Source of the DNA: Azolla caroliniana
Taxonomy: Eukaryota; Plantae; Polypodiophyta
DNA: 64,000 nt
Direction: 5' to 3'
NCBI GenBank assembly: GCA_043228905.1
Contig: JBHGNT010000017.1
Location: forward strand, 3,348,001-3,412,000
Made by a program: the position numbers and the translations under genes. Under the pieces are notes generated by a model, which saw nothing but the letters and a program-made list of their open reading frames with translations, made no database searches and was not told the origin of the DNA. Numbering within the stretch: the stretch's first letter is position 1; each line of letters starts with the position of its first letter. This document shows, piece after piece, positions 28,568 through 41,273 of this stretch.

Positions 28568-29458
28568 TGTTGGGAGACAGGTCCCTCCGGATGGGAAGGG
28601 AGAAGAACAGTGCCGACAAACAAACTCGGCCGAGGCCTATCGGCCTCGGCCGAATCCGTATGAGGTGGACCCGGCTACGGAGAGCCGGATGATACAGACC
28701 CGGTGAAGACCGGATGAGGAGTACCCGGCTACGGAGAGCCGGATGATACAGACCAGGTGAAGACCGGATGAGGAGTACTCGGTTACGGAGAACCGGACGG
28801 TACAGGCCCGGTGAGAACCGGATGAGGAGTACCCGGTTACGGAGAGCCGGATGGTGCAGACCCGGTATGAACCGGATGAGGAGTACCCAACTACGGAGAG
28901 CTGGATGATACAGGCCCGGTGAGAACCGGATGAGGAGCACCCGGCTACGGAGAGCCGGATGACGCAGACCCGGTGAGAACCGGAGGAAGAGATATATTCG
29001 TAAATATGTTTCCGAGAGCCCATCGAGGCTATATTTGTAAATAGCCGAAAAGTCATATTAATATAAATATGACTTAGGGCAAACTTTTAGTTGTGGTTGT
29101 CATTTTCTTTCCTTGTTGGTGCAAGAAGAAGAGAGAGCACGTAATAGTGTACAAAGAGAGAGAGAGAGAGTGAAAGAGGTCATTGCCTCTGTTGTAACCG
29201 CCGCCTGTGGCGAAGATCGTGAGCACGAGGTCGTTGCCTCCGTGAACTCACTGTTTTGTACATTCTTACACAGTGACAGTTTGCAGCCTGTGGGTTGCCG
29301 TGGTTTTTCCCCTAGTTTGGGGTTTTCCACGTAAACCTCCTGTGTATCTTTCTCCTCTTTGTGTTGTGTTTTTTTCGTTTCCTGTTTTTTTTTTTGTCTA
29401 TGAAAAGAATCTCGGTTGTGGCTGAGCTTAGTGCATAAGGAGCGTTGAGTTCCCGTCA
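28568..29458 (+). mobile_element. Solo LTR of Copia family B inside Copia A
   Basis: TGTTGGGAG...CCCGTCA with TSD AGGTA on both sides. Homologous to the LTRs at 29581-30365 and 34453-35131. Carries six 54-bp tandem units. Confidence 0.93.
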
Positions 29459-29580
29459 AGGTACTCTCTCGGAATTTTCTTTACCGACGTCGGCGAACCG
29501 ATGTCTTACGAAGAAGCATCGATATCTGCCGATTCAGCCACATGGCATCTGGCGATGGAGTCGGAAATGCACTTCATTCG

Positions 29581-32500
29581 TGATGGGAACTCAAGGCTCC
29601 TTATGTCCAACGCTCGGCCACAACCGAGATTCTTTTCATACACAGAAAACAAGAAATGAAGCGCGACACAAAGGAGAGGAAGAATACACAGGAGGTTAAC
29701 GTGGAAAACCCCAAACTAGGGGAAAAAACCACGGCAACCCACAGGCTGCAAACTGTCACTATGTAAGAATGTACAAAACAGTGAGTTCACGGAGGCAACG
29801 ACCTCGTGCTCACGATCTTCGCCACAGGCGGCGGTTACAACAGAGGCAACGACCTCGTCTCTCTCTCTCTCTTTCTGTACACTGTTACGTGCTCTTTCTT
29901 CTTCTTGCACCAACAAGAAAATAACAACATTAACTAAAAGTTTGCCCTAAGTCATATTTATACCAATATGACTTTTCGGCTATTTACAAATATAGTCTCG
30001 ATGGGCTCTCAGAAACATATTTACGAATATGTCTCTTCCTCCGGTTCCCACCGGTTCTGCACCATCCGGCTCTCCGTAGCCAGGTACTCCTCATCCGGTT
30101 AACACCGGGCCTGCACCATCCGGCTCTCCGTAGCCGGGTACTCCTCATCCGGTTCACACCGGGCCTGCACCATCCGGCTCTCCGTAGTCGGGTACTCCTC
30201 ATCCGGTTCACACCGGGCCTGCACCATCCGGCTCTCCGTAGCCGGGTACTCCTCATTCGGTTCACACCGGGCCTACACCATCCGGCTCTCCGTAGCCGGG
30301 TACTCCTCATACCGTTTCGACACTATTCTTCTCCCTTCCCATCCAGAGGGACCTGTCTCCCAACAAACTCCCCCTTCACTCCGGCATGGGGTGTCTTACC
30401 AGTCCGATTCTCTTCCGGCATGCATCCAACTTGTCGGGTGTCAGCACTTTGGTCAGCATATCTGACCCGTTCTCGGCCGTGTGGATCTTCGTCAGTGCGA
30501 ACTCTTGGTCATCTACTTTTTCCTGGATCCAGTGATACCTCCGCTGGATATGCTTCGTCCGAGAATGGTAGGCCGCATTCTTAGCAAGGTGGATGGCACT
30601 TTGACTATCGCAATAGAGTCGGTATTCCTCTTGCCGTATACCGAGCTCACCGATGAAGTCCTTCATCCATAAGATTTCCTTGCCGGCTTCCACAGCTGCC
30701 ATGTACTCCGCCTCCGTGGTTGACAATGCAACCGTCTTCTGCAGCCTCGACTGCCCTGAAACAGCTCCCCCTGCATATGTCATTACATACCCGGATGTAG
30801 ACCGGCTGGTATCCACATCAGTCGACATGTCCGAATCGGTGAAACCGTCCAGTTGAGGTTTTCCGGAGCCGAATCGGAGACACATATTTGAAGTGCCCTT
30901 CAAATACCAGAGTATCCATTTGACTGCGTTCCAGTGCTCCTTGCCGGGATTACTCATGAACCGGCTCACCACTCCGACTGCGTATCCTATATCCGGTCGG
31001 GTACACACCATTGCGTACATCAAGCTCCTGACGGCAGAGGCATATGGAATCTTCGTCATATCCGCCTTCTCTGCTTTCGTCTTCGGGCTTTGCTTCCCGA
31101 ATAGCCTGCAGTTTTCCGGAAGCGTCGATCCGACCGGTTTCGCTTATGACATGTTGAACCGGTGAAGCACCTTTGTCACATACTTCTCCTGTGACAGCCA
31201 TAATTGCTTCGCTGACCGGTTCCGGATGATGTGCATCCCCAACATCTGTCTTGCCGGACCCAAGTCTTTCATTGAGAAGGTCCGGTTGAGAGCCTTCTTC
31301 AGCATCCGTATTTTGACTTGGTCCCGTCCGACGATCAACATGTCATCCACGTACAGGAGGTGTATTAGGAAGTCCCCTCCTTCAAACTTCTTCACAAACA
31401 CGCAGTGATCGGCCTGCGTCTTGTGGTACCCTTGATCGGTCATGAAGGAGTCGAACTTCCGGTACCATTGCCAGGGAGCCTGCTTCAGTCTGTACAGGCT
31501 CTTCTTCAACCGGCATACCAGGTGCTCCTTCCCTTTCTCCACGAAACCTTCCGGTTGCTGCATGTAGATCTCCTCTTCGAGGTCGCCGTGAAGGAATGTC
31601 GTCTTCACGTCCAGCTGCTCTACCTCGAGATCCATGCTTGCTGCTATACTCAGCACCGTCCGGATGGAGGTCATCTTTACTACCGGGGCAAATATCTCGT
31701 CGAAGTCCACGCCCTTCTTCTGCTGGAACCCCTTCACCACAATCCTGGCTTTGTATCTCGAGGGGTTCTCGGCATCTCCCGGTTTCAACTTGTACACCCA
31801 CTTGTTTCGGAGTGCCCGCTTTCCTTTCGGCAACTCCACCAATTCGTACGTATGGTTCTCATGCAGGGAATCCATCTCATCCTGCATGGCACTTAACCAT
31901 TTTCGGCTGTGGGTGTCTTCCTTCGCTTCTTCGAAGCTTTCCGGCTCCCCCTCATCGGTCAGCAGAACATGCTCTGCATCCAGAAATCTCCGGGGCGCCC
32001 TTCTCTCTCTGAGAGGATATCTACGTCTTCGGGCTTCGGTAACCGGCTCCTCCATTTACTCTTCATCCGAATCCGATTCGGGGTCTTGACCGGTTCCGGT
32101 CTCAGCTTCCTCTACTTCTTCTTCTGCCGGTTCGGTATCCTCACCGTAACCGGCTGGTTCCTCGAGTGCTAACCGGTCTCTTGCCGGTTGGGTCTGCTCA
32201 TCGTAGAGTCGATCCTTACCAGTCGACTCAGAGTTCATTATCTTCTTCTCCGACTCCCAGTCGGCGAGTGTCTTGTCCTCCATGAAGATAATATCTCGAC
32301 TCCGGAATACCTTCTTGTCAACCGGGTCCCACACTCGGTAGCCGAACTCATCGTCACCGTAACCGAGGAATATACATGGCCGGGTCTTTGGATCTAATTT
32401 TCCTCTCCGGTCCTTTGCTACATGCACGTACGCGAGACACCCGAACACCCTCAGATGCCGGTAGGACACTTCCTTACCAGTCCATACTCTCTGTGGCGTG

Positions 32501-35131
32501 TCTCCGTCCAAGGGTACTGAGGGTGATCTGTTTATCACATATGTCGCCGTCGACAGTGCCTCAGCCCAAAACTTCTTGGGTAGTTTTGCATGCGCTAGCA
32601 TACTCCGGACCCTCTCCATTATGGTCCGGTTCATCCTCTCGGCCAGTCTGTTTAGTTCCGGCGTCTTCGGCACGGTAAATTCGAGCCGGATTCCCTTCAA
32701 GCGGCAGTACTCCTCGAACTGCCCCCGGTACTCTCCTCCGTTGTCTGCTCGAACCGCCTTCAGCTTCCGGCCGGTTTCTCTTTCCACTCTCGCGTGGAGC
32801 TCTTTGAAGACGGATAACACCTGATCCTTCGTCTTCAGCGGCGTGGCCCATAGCTTCTGGATGTGGTCATCTATGAACGTCACGAAGTACTGCGCTCCGG
32901 CATGTGACTTCGTGTCTACTTGACACACATCTGTATGCACCAACTCCAGTGGTGCATTACGTCTCATCGGTGGCCTTGGTCGGAAGGAGGTCCGGTTCTG
33001 CTTACCGGCCAGACAATCAGTGCACTTCTCTAAGTGCACGTTCTTCACTAGAATGAGTTTGTCGTCTGCAAGCCTCTTCATCCCCTTCTCGCTCATATGA
33101 CACAGCCTCTTGTGCCACAGCTCACCGGCAGTGTTGGATGCCACGTTCACTTCTTCCGGACATAACCAAGCATTCATCAGGTACAACGTGTTTACCTTCC
33201 AGGCCCGAGCCACAATTAGGCTCCCTTTGCTGAACTTCATGACACCGTTCCGGATGCTACCTGTGTAGCCTTCATCATCTAGCCGACCGGCTGATATCAG
33301 GTTCAGACGAACTTCCGGAACGTGTCGGACATCCTTCAGCAGCAACTTGCATCCGGTTGGTGTTGTCAGCCACATGTCTCCTATGCCGACAATTCGGCAT
33401 GTTCCTTCATTCCCCATCCGGACACAGCCGTGATCACCGACTGAATAGGATGAGAAGCATTTCTGGTCCGGGGTAAGGTGGAACGACGCTCCGGAGTCTA
33501 CCACCCAGGTCGTCTTGTCGCCGGCAAGGTTTATTTCACTCTCCTCGGTGATGAGCATCAACTCTTCTTCGCTTGCCGCGATTGCCGTCGTTCCCTTCCG
33601 GTCCGGCCCCTTTCAGTCTTTACTGTTCCGGTCTGAGGTTTGCTTCGAATCGGTACCGTCGGTTTCCTTGTCTTTACGGAAATGCCGACAGTTCTTTTGG
33701 AAGTGTCCCGGCTTGCCGCAATAGAAGCAAGTAGGCCTCCCCCTTGACTTTGACCGTGTCCCCGACTTCTCCCGGTTCTGGGGACTACGGTTTCTATGTC
33801 TTCCACGTTCCGATTCGGTAAGAAGTGCTTTGGAGTCGGAGCTTGTATCTTTGTCTTTCCGACGCGCCTCCTCATCTAGCAAGCTCGACTTTACTCTTGC
33901 TAGGGATAACCGTTTTCCTTCCGGCCCGGCGTTGCCCAAAGTGACAACCAACGTCTCCCAGCTATCCGGGAGGGAACCGAGCAGGAGTAGTGCTAATACT
34001 TCATCGGCAAGAGGTACTTCCAATGATGTTGCCTAGTGTATCAGCCCCTGGAAGGCATTCATATGCTTCGCCATGCTGGAGCCATCTTGGTACCGGAGTC
34101 TTATTAGCTTCTGGAATACCGAAACCTGATTAACAACATTTTTGTTTTGGAACATTATGCCGATCTTCTCCCAGAGCTCATCAGCCTTGCTCTCTTCATT
34201 GAAGTTGTTGTACAGGCTCATGTCGATGAAGCACCGTATGTACGCCGTTGTCTTCATGTGCATCACCTCCCATATCGCGGCGTCGATTTTGTCCGGTCTC
34301 TTGTCCCCGAACTGAACCGGTAGCCAGAGGTCTTTAACAACGAGCATGTCCCTCATCTTCGACTTCCATACTGAATAGTTGGAGCCGGTGAGCTTGAACA
34401 TGCCGCCAAATGATTCGTCCATTTTCTGTGTCGATTTCGCTCTGATACCAATTGACGGGAACTCAAGGCTCCTTATGTCCAGCACTCGGCCACAACCGAG
34501 ATTCTTTTCATACACAGAAAACGAGAAATGAAGCGCGACACAAAGGAGAGGAAGAATACACAGGAGGTTAATGTGGAAAACCCCAAACTAGGGGAAAAAA
34601 CCACGGCAGCCCACAGACTGCAAACTGTCACTATGTAAGAATGTACAAAACAGTGAGTTCACGGAGGCAACGACCTCGTGCTCACGATCTTTGCCACAGG
34701 CGGCGGTTACAACAGAGGCAACGACCTCGTCTCTCTCTCTCTCTCTTTCTGTACACTGTTACGTGCTCTTTCTTCTTCTTGCACCAACAAGAAAATAACA
34801 ACATTAACTAAAAGTTTGCCCTAAGTCATATTTATACCAATATGACTTTTCGGCTATTTACAAATATAGCCTCGATGGGCTCTCAGAAACATATTTACGA
34901 ATATGTCTCTTCCTCCGGTTCCCACCGGTTCTGCACCATCTGGCTCTCCGTAGCCGGGTACTCCTCATCCGGTTCACACCGGGCCTGCATCATCCGGCTC
35001 TCCGTAGCCGGGTACTCCTCATCCGGTTCACACCGGGCCTGCACCATCCGGCTCTCCGTAGCCGGGTACTCCTCATACCGTTTCGGCACTGTTCTTCTCC
35101 CTTCCCATCCGGAGGGACCTTTCTCCCAACA
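29581..35131 (-). mobile_element. Ty1/Copia element B (full length, with stops and a frameshift)
   Basis: 5' LTR 34453-35131, 3' LTR 29581-30365, TSD ATTCG, PBS TGGTATCAGAGC, PPT GAAGGGGGAG. gag with CFYCGKPGHFQKNC, protease WVVDSGAS, integrase, RT YVDDML and RNase H (ORFs 30376-34515). Confidence 0.96.
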
Positions 35132-36001
35132 ATTCGGGCAAACAAGACTTGGGACTTGGTCGAATTACCGAAGAATCGACGTGCTCTTCCATGTAAGTGG
35201 GTCTATCAACTAAAAGAGACGTCTGACTCGACCACCCCAAAGTACAAGGCCAGGTTAGTTGCAAAGGGATTTAGACAAGAATGTGGTGTCGACTTTGATG
35301 AAATCTTTTCACCAGTGGTGAAAATGACGACCCTCCGTTTCATGCTCGGCGTCGTGGCTGCCGACAACTTGGAGCTGATTCAGCTAGATGTAAAAACGAC
35401 ATTCCTCCACGATGACCTACAGGAGGAAATCTATATGGAGCAACCGAAAGGCTTTCTGGTATCCGGCCAGGAACATCTAGTCTGCCGACTCAGGAAGAGT
35501 TTATATGGTCTGAAACAGGCACCCCGACAGTGGTACAAGAAGTTCAACGACTTCATCTAGTCGGTCGGCTTCTCCAAGAGCGATGAGGACCATTGTCTCT
35601 TCACCAAAATAGCTCAAGACGGGTCTCCCGTCTTTCTCATCATTTACGTGGACGACATGCTACTCTCCAGTCGGCATGCCGGAGAGCTCACCGAACTCGT
35701 TCGGCAACTGCAGTTGAAGTTTGCCATGAAAGACCTCGGTCCGGCAAGACACATACTTGGTATGAAGATTAGTCGGTATCGTGATACACGGCAACTTTTC
35801 TTGTCTCAAACCGACTACATCGGACGTATCTTAGAACGCTTCAACATGCAATCGGCCAAGTCTGCTTCGACCCCGCTCCCCATTAACCTTCGGGTGTCTC
35901 AGCGAGACTGTCCGACATCCGGTCCAGAGGGGGAAGATATGAAGTTCGTACCGTATGCACCGGCAGTCGGCTCCCTCATGTATGCGATGGTCATGACACG
36001 G

Positions 36002-36650
36002 TGTCGTGAAGAAAACCGTCCCTTGGCGCAATCGGTGCATATCGCGCGTGAACCGGCTCTTCACGTGTGCGCGCCCTTAATGTATATAATAGGGAATTAA
36101 GTACAAAGGCATATCCGGGTAGTTAGATTCGGTGGGTGGGGAGTAAATGAGGGAGACGACTCCCTTCTTGAAGCTATAAAGGAGAGGGAGACGCAGGGGA
36201 GAAAGCATCGCGCATTAAGGAGGACGAAGTGCTGTCGGACCGTAACCGAACGCTTCTCCCCTGTTCGTTCTCGATCGCTCTTCTTTGCAGGGTTTCGGGA
36301 GGCTCGCGCTGCTTCGAGGAACGCCCGTGTGCTTCCGGCAACACCTCCACCCTTTTCTCCCTTTCGTGCGCAGACAAACAGGCATCGTCATCTGTTCGCC
36401 GGCCTGTTCGGTTGTAACCGCCCACGCGCTCTGTTGTGTATTTGTGATTCGTTAATATACAAACTTTCGTGTCTCTCTGTCTCCGTGTCCATTCGTGTTC
36501 TCTGCGTTGACGGGCCGTGTCCCTGTGTTCTTTGCTCATACGTAACCGGTCGTCTCTCTCTTTCTCTTTCCCCTCCTATCACCTGCTCTTCGGTTCAAGA
36601 CCCCGGTGGTCCCGCCTCGTTTCTCCACGCACGCGCGTAGTAACGCGACA
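36002..36650 (+). mobile_element. Solo LTR of the tRNA-Trp-primed Gypsy lineage inside Copia A pol
   Basis: TGTCGTGAAGAAAACC...CGCGACA with 4-bp TSD ACGG. Removing it restores VMTR|[13 protein letters not shown]. Similar to the LTRs at 53771 and 57283. Confidence 0.9.
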
Positions 36651-37666
36651 ACGGCTTGATATTTCTCACACCGTAGGAGTCGTCAGCAGATTCATGCACA
36701 ACCCCGACCGATCGCACTGGAACGCAGTCAAGCATGTGTTCAGATATCTAGCTGGCACAAAAGACCACGACATTCTTTTCGGCCCGAACTCAACCTCAGG
36801 CGTAGTCGGTTACACCGACTCGGACTTCGCCGGCTGTGTGGACAATCAGAAATCAACAACTGGATACTTTTCAAATTCGGCATTGGAGCAATCTCGTGGA
36901 AGTCAAAACTTCAGGAGTGCACAACCACCTCAACGACCGAAGCGGAATATGTAGCTGTGCCCAACGCGGCAAAAGAAGCTTTATGGCTCGGTCGGTTGGC
37001 GCACACGTTTCGATAGGTCGACTCCGACTCGGCTCCAGTTGTCTACAACGACAGTGAGGGTGTTGTTGCTTTGTCAAAAAATCCGGTTCACCACAACGCC
37101 TCTAAGCATATCTACGTTCGATATGACTTCGTTCGGGACTACGTCATCTCAGGAAAAATCGGTCTCGAGAAGATATCCACAACTGATAATGTCGCAGATG
37201 GAATGACCAAGTGTCTTTCGGCGGATCGTTTCCGGTCCCTTCAGCACCAGATGAGCGTAACGAAAAATCGGTCTGATTAAAGTCGGACACACAACACAGG
37301 ATGGTTTCGAATCACCGACATCGATTCTCTGAGGATCGGCTTTAGCTCTTCCAACCCGACTGGTTCGGTCCTCTATCTTCAGATCTTGCCGACTCTGACA
37401 AAACCGATCTGTCCGATAAACCTTGTATATATAGTTGTAATTCTTTAGATAACCCATGTATACGCCCATTATGGGGGAGTGTTGAATACGAGTGTATAAT
37501 GGCCGTATTCACATTGTCCTTTTGGACAGCCCAAGCTTGGGCCATTTCTGTAAATAGCATAAAGGGTAGTTGCCCTAGGATAATCACTATATAAAGTGAC
37601 TTTGTATCCTTTAGTGGAGGTTGGTTGTCATTTGTAACTGTTGCTATTAGAATAAAACGTTTCCTT

Positions 37667-37760
<94 letters not shown>

Positions 37761-38646
37761 TGTGTCTATCTTGCTCATGCATACACAGGTTCTTCTTCAT
37801 TACGAATGTTTCTTGCACTTCTGCTTTGACGGCCTTGTCCCCAACACTTTGATGCAAGGTCCCTTACCTCTACAAATAGGAGAACAACCATGGATTGATG
37901 GGTGTTTACGGGGTCAAACGTTGTTGTTACAAGTGACTACTAATCTTTTGTATCATTGCTCTGTTGAGTTTCTTGGATGGTTATCGTCTAAGGTTGAAGA
38001 AGAATGGAAACTACACAAATTTGATCATGGGTGGTGCCAGATCTTACAACGAAGTTGGCATTCTAAATTGCCACTTATAGCAAAGGTCTTCATTTGGAGA
38101 TTTTTGGTTGGAGGATTGCCTTTAGGATTAGCTCTAAATCGTCATGGGTTGGCAAAAAGTAATTGTTTTTTTTACACTATTCAAATGGAAGATAGTACTC
38201 ATCGATTTATACAATGTTTGATTGCTTGTTAGATTTGGAGTTATATTTCTCAAATTTGGCCAATTTTATCACAATGTTATTTGACACCTAGATAGTGGGT
38301 GTTTGCACAATTTACACAAGTTGACCCAAAATCAGAGATGGAGATTGTTTTTCTATTTCTGCGATATTGGGGATTGCGTCATAATTGGAACATGCGAAAC
38401 ACTCTTGTATTCGATGGTAGACATGGAGTGAATGCATATTTACGAAAGTTGAAGGGAGTACTAATGTGGCAATTTTCTTTATTGGAGCGAGTGGAAATTC
38501 TTTCCTCAGTGGAGTGTTCGTCTTACCTATTGGCAATTTATCATGTTCCACTACCCCATGTAGTGTAGTTAGTGGATAACCATACTCCATTGTCACACCC
38601 ATTGTAAGTAGTGTTTTTTACACACATTTATTAATATAATTTTGTG

Positions 38647-38651
<5 letters not shown>

Positions 38652-38733
<82 letters not shown>
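38652..38733. repeat. (GA)~41 microsatellite at the L1 3' end
   Basis: Directly visible in the sequence. Confidence 0.95.
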
Positions 38734-38734
<1 letters not shown>

Positions 38735-38736
<2 letters not shown>

Positions 38737-39620
38737 ATCCATTGTCTAATACTTCATTGAGAATGAGGGTATAACACATGGGAGAACAACAATTAAGGCA
38801 TCATGATAGCAATTATTGAACGAAAGTATCCCACTTAAGATTCGTCATTCTTCGTATGCCTAACAAAGGTTGAACAATAGTAGAAGGTACATAACTTGAT
38901 TATGGATAGTAGCAAATATTGAAACGTAGTTGCCATTGTAAATTACCACTTGTTGGGAATGTCCTCATTGGAGAGCATTGATTAGGAGTTTGCCTCTAAG
39001 ATTAACTCTAAAGCCACGTGGACTAGTAACAAACAATCATTTCTTTTGCATTGTTCAAGTGTGACATATAAGAAAGTCCCTCTAGATTTAATAAGCAACC
39101 ATATAATGTCTAATTGCTTGTTAGATTTGGAGGTTTATTTCTCATATTTCACTAGTATTGTCACTTTGTTATTTGATGCCAAGGTAATGAGTGTTTACAA
39201 AATTCATATAGGTCGACCAATAATTGGAGATGGAAATTGTTTTCCTATTTTTGAAATATTGTTGATTGCGTCATACTTGGGATATGTGTAATGCTTTTGT
39301 ACTTAATGGTAGACATGGAGTCAAACCATATCTACGAAAGTTGAGGGAGTATTAATGTGGCAAATTTCTATATTGGACCAAGTAGAAATTATTTCCTTGG
39401 TAGAGTGTTTGTATTTATTATTATTATTATTTTCCAAAATGAAGCTACTTTCCCATTAGTTAGGAAGGATTATTACAAAGAGACTGAGGTAGAGTGTTTG
39501 TATTGCTTATTGGCAATTCAAAATATTCCACTAACCTTCCTATGGTGACCACACTCAAATGTGATGCATTGTAGTATTTATCACACACATTATTAATCTA
39601 ATACTGTGTTTTCACCTATA
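38735..39620 (+). mobile_element. Degenerate L1 3' fragment
   Basis: Similar to ~24735-24860 and 38100-38645 (ggagatggaaattgttttcct..., ggtagacatggagt..., cacacatattaat). Confidence 0.7.
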
Positions 39621-39639
39621 TATAAAAATGAAAACATAT

Positions 39640-40345
39640 GTTGTGTCTTGGGTGGATTAACGGTTAAAGGATGGTACACACTTGTTATAGGTCACTACAA
39701 ATATATTGTATCATCATGCGATAACATCATTATCTTGGCTATCACCTAAAGCAGAAAAGTTGTGGAATTTATGTAAGACAAATGCAATGTGGCAACGTGT
39801 TTGGCATTCCCATTTGCCATTTTGTGCAAAGGTATTCATATGGAGAGTCATGATTGATGGACCCGCATTAGGTTCAAAATGAGGACTAGGGAACGGTACA
39901 TGCTTCTTTTGCATCATTCCATTGGAGGAGAACACAAATAGGTTCATTTGGAAGTACCTAGTGGATATTTGGCAAGTTTTTAACTTATTGTTATTTGAGG
40001 CCTAAATAATGGGTTTTTGCTTAGAATGTTCAAAATGGTCCAAATGACGAGTTGGAGATATTGTTTAAATTTTTATGAGATTAGGGAGTCTAGCACAATT
40101 GGAATATGTGTAATTCTTTTATGGTTGATAGTAGACATGGAGTGAAAGCCTATGTGAAGAAGTTGAAAGCCATTCTCATGTGGAATTTCTGGATGTAAGA
40201 GCATGTGGGGATCATTTCTTCAAGTGCATATTCACGTTTTCTAATATCTTTACAAGATGTTCCTTTCCCTACATAGCTAAGTGGAGGACTAAGAAGTTGT
40301 AAGAAGTGAGGTTTACATATAATTAATGTTACTTTGGCTTTCACA
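39640..40345 (+). mobile_element. Degenerate L1 3' fragment
   Basis: Clearly similar to 18530-19260 (atcttggctatcacctaaagcagaaaag, gcatgtggggatcatttc). Confidence 0.75.
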
Positions 40346-40765
40346 CGCACACATTAATGTCCTTGGAAGCCAATAATGGTATATGGGATCAAGTGTAAGA
40401 AAGGCGCTACATGAATTTAGGTGGGTTTTTAAGAGTCCAACCATGGGTGACACTTTGATTGTGGTGGTAGGGGTTGGAGGGGTTTCATGACGTGAGTGTG
40501 TGATTTTAAGCTCTTAGCTTACTTTGCATACAACTATGTTCTATAGTTCTTTTCACAATATAAGAGCATAACATTGATTGCTTGTTTGTTGCTCTTTGTT
40601 GTCATCATTCAAGAGCTAGCTCATACACATTGACATCTTGACCAATAATTTGATAATGTGACTACATGAAGACCTCGACCACATCTTGTACGATGAATAT
40701 TGAAGGACAACGATTGACCAACATAGTTGACTAGTGGAACATTTAAAATGTGTGACACATGTATT

Positions 40766-41273
40766 CAAGAGAAGCATGGTAACAAAAGCGGAAATGGAAA
40801 CTCTAGAATAAGGGGAATGCTCAGGCAAAGAACACGACCAAAACAAATCAAGTGCCATTTTAACGATGATTATTAGCGAATTCAATGAATAGAATTGCAA
40901 TGGGTAGACACACAACTAACATTTAAAACATTTAAACATCCAAGAGAAGCATGGTAACAAAAGCGGAAATGGAAACTCTAGAATAAGGGGAATGCTCAGG
41001 CAAAGAACACGACCAAAACAAATCAAGTGCCATTTTAACGATGATTATTAGCGAATTCAATGAATAGAATTGCAGTGGGTAGACACACAACTAACATTTA
41101 AAACATTTAAACATCCAAGAGAAGCACGGTAACAAAAGTGGAAATGGAAACTCTAGAATAAGGGGAATGCTCAGGCAAAGAACACGACCAAAACAAATCA
41201 AGTGCCATTTTAACGATGATTATTAGCGAATTCAATGAATAGAATTGCAACGGGCAAACACACAACTAACATT
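40766..41273. repeat. 175-bp tandem repeat, ~2.9 near-identical copies
   Basis: Unit caagagaagcatggtaacaaaagcggaaatgg... starts at 40766, 40941 and 41116. Confidence 0.93.

Larger units (their letters stand above)
25162..37846 (+). mobile_element. Ty1/Copia element A (full length, inactivated, three nested insertions)
   Basis: LTRs 25162-25462 and 37480-37846 (TG...CA) with TSD CTTTG. PBS TGGTATTAGAGC (iMet-like), PPT ATGGGGGAG. gag from 26144, protease WLLDSGAS, integrase (HSDVCGP, TDNGGEF), RT (KARLVAKGF, YVDDML), RNase H ending at 37280. Confidence 0.95.
19300..38650 (+). mobile_element. Degenerate near-full-length L1-clade LINE, split by Copia A at 25162-37846
   Basis: ORF1 remnants (FYDVVF...; zinc-knuckle-like HCFGYGEWGHFMAEC at ~20640). 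ORF2 endonuclease MKVVTWNVRG (21304), WIYAPN, IGDFN, WSRLDR. RT motifs LDLEKAYD, SVRQGCPLSPLLF, LADDS. C-terminal region resumes after 37851 (KVFIWR..LPLG..CFF..EDSTHRFIQC). Many stops. The 5' boundary is approximate. Confidence 0.88.

Noticed and set aside
28661-28984. 54-bp repeat array as a CRISPR array or repeat protein
   Set aside because: Units are contiguous with no unique spacers and lie within Copia LTRs. The 18-aa repeat ORFs are a by-product.
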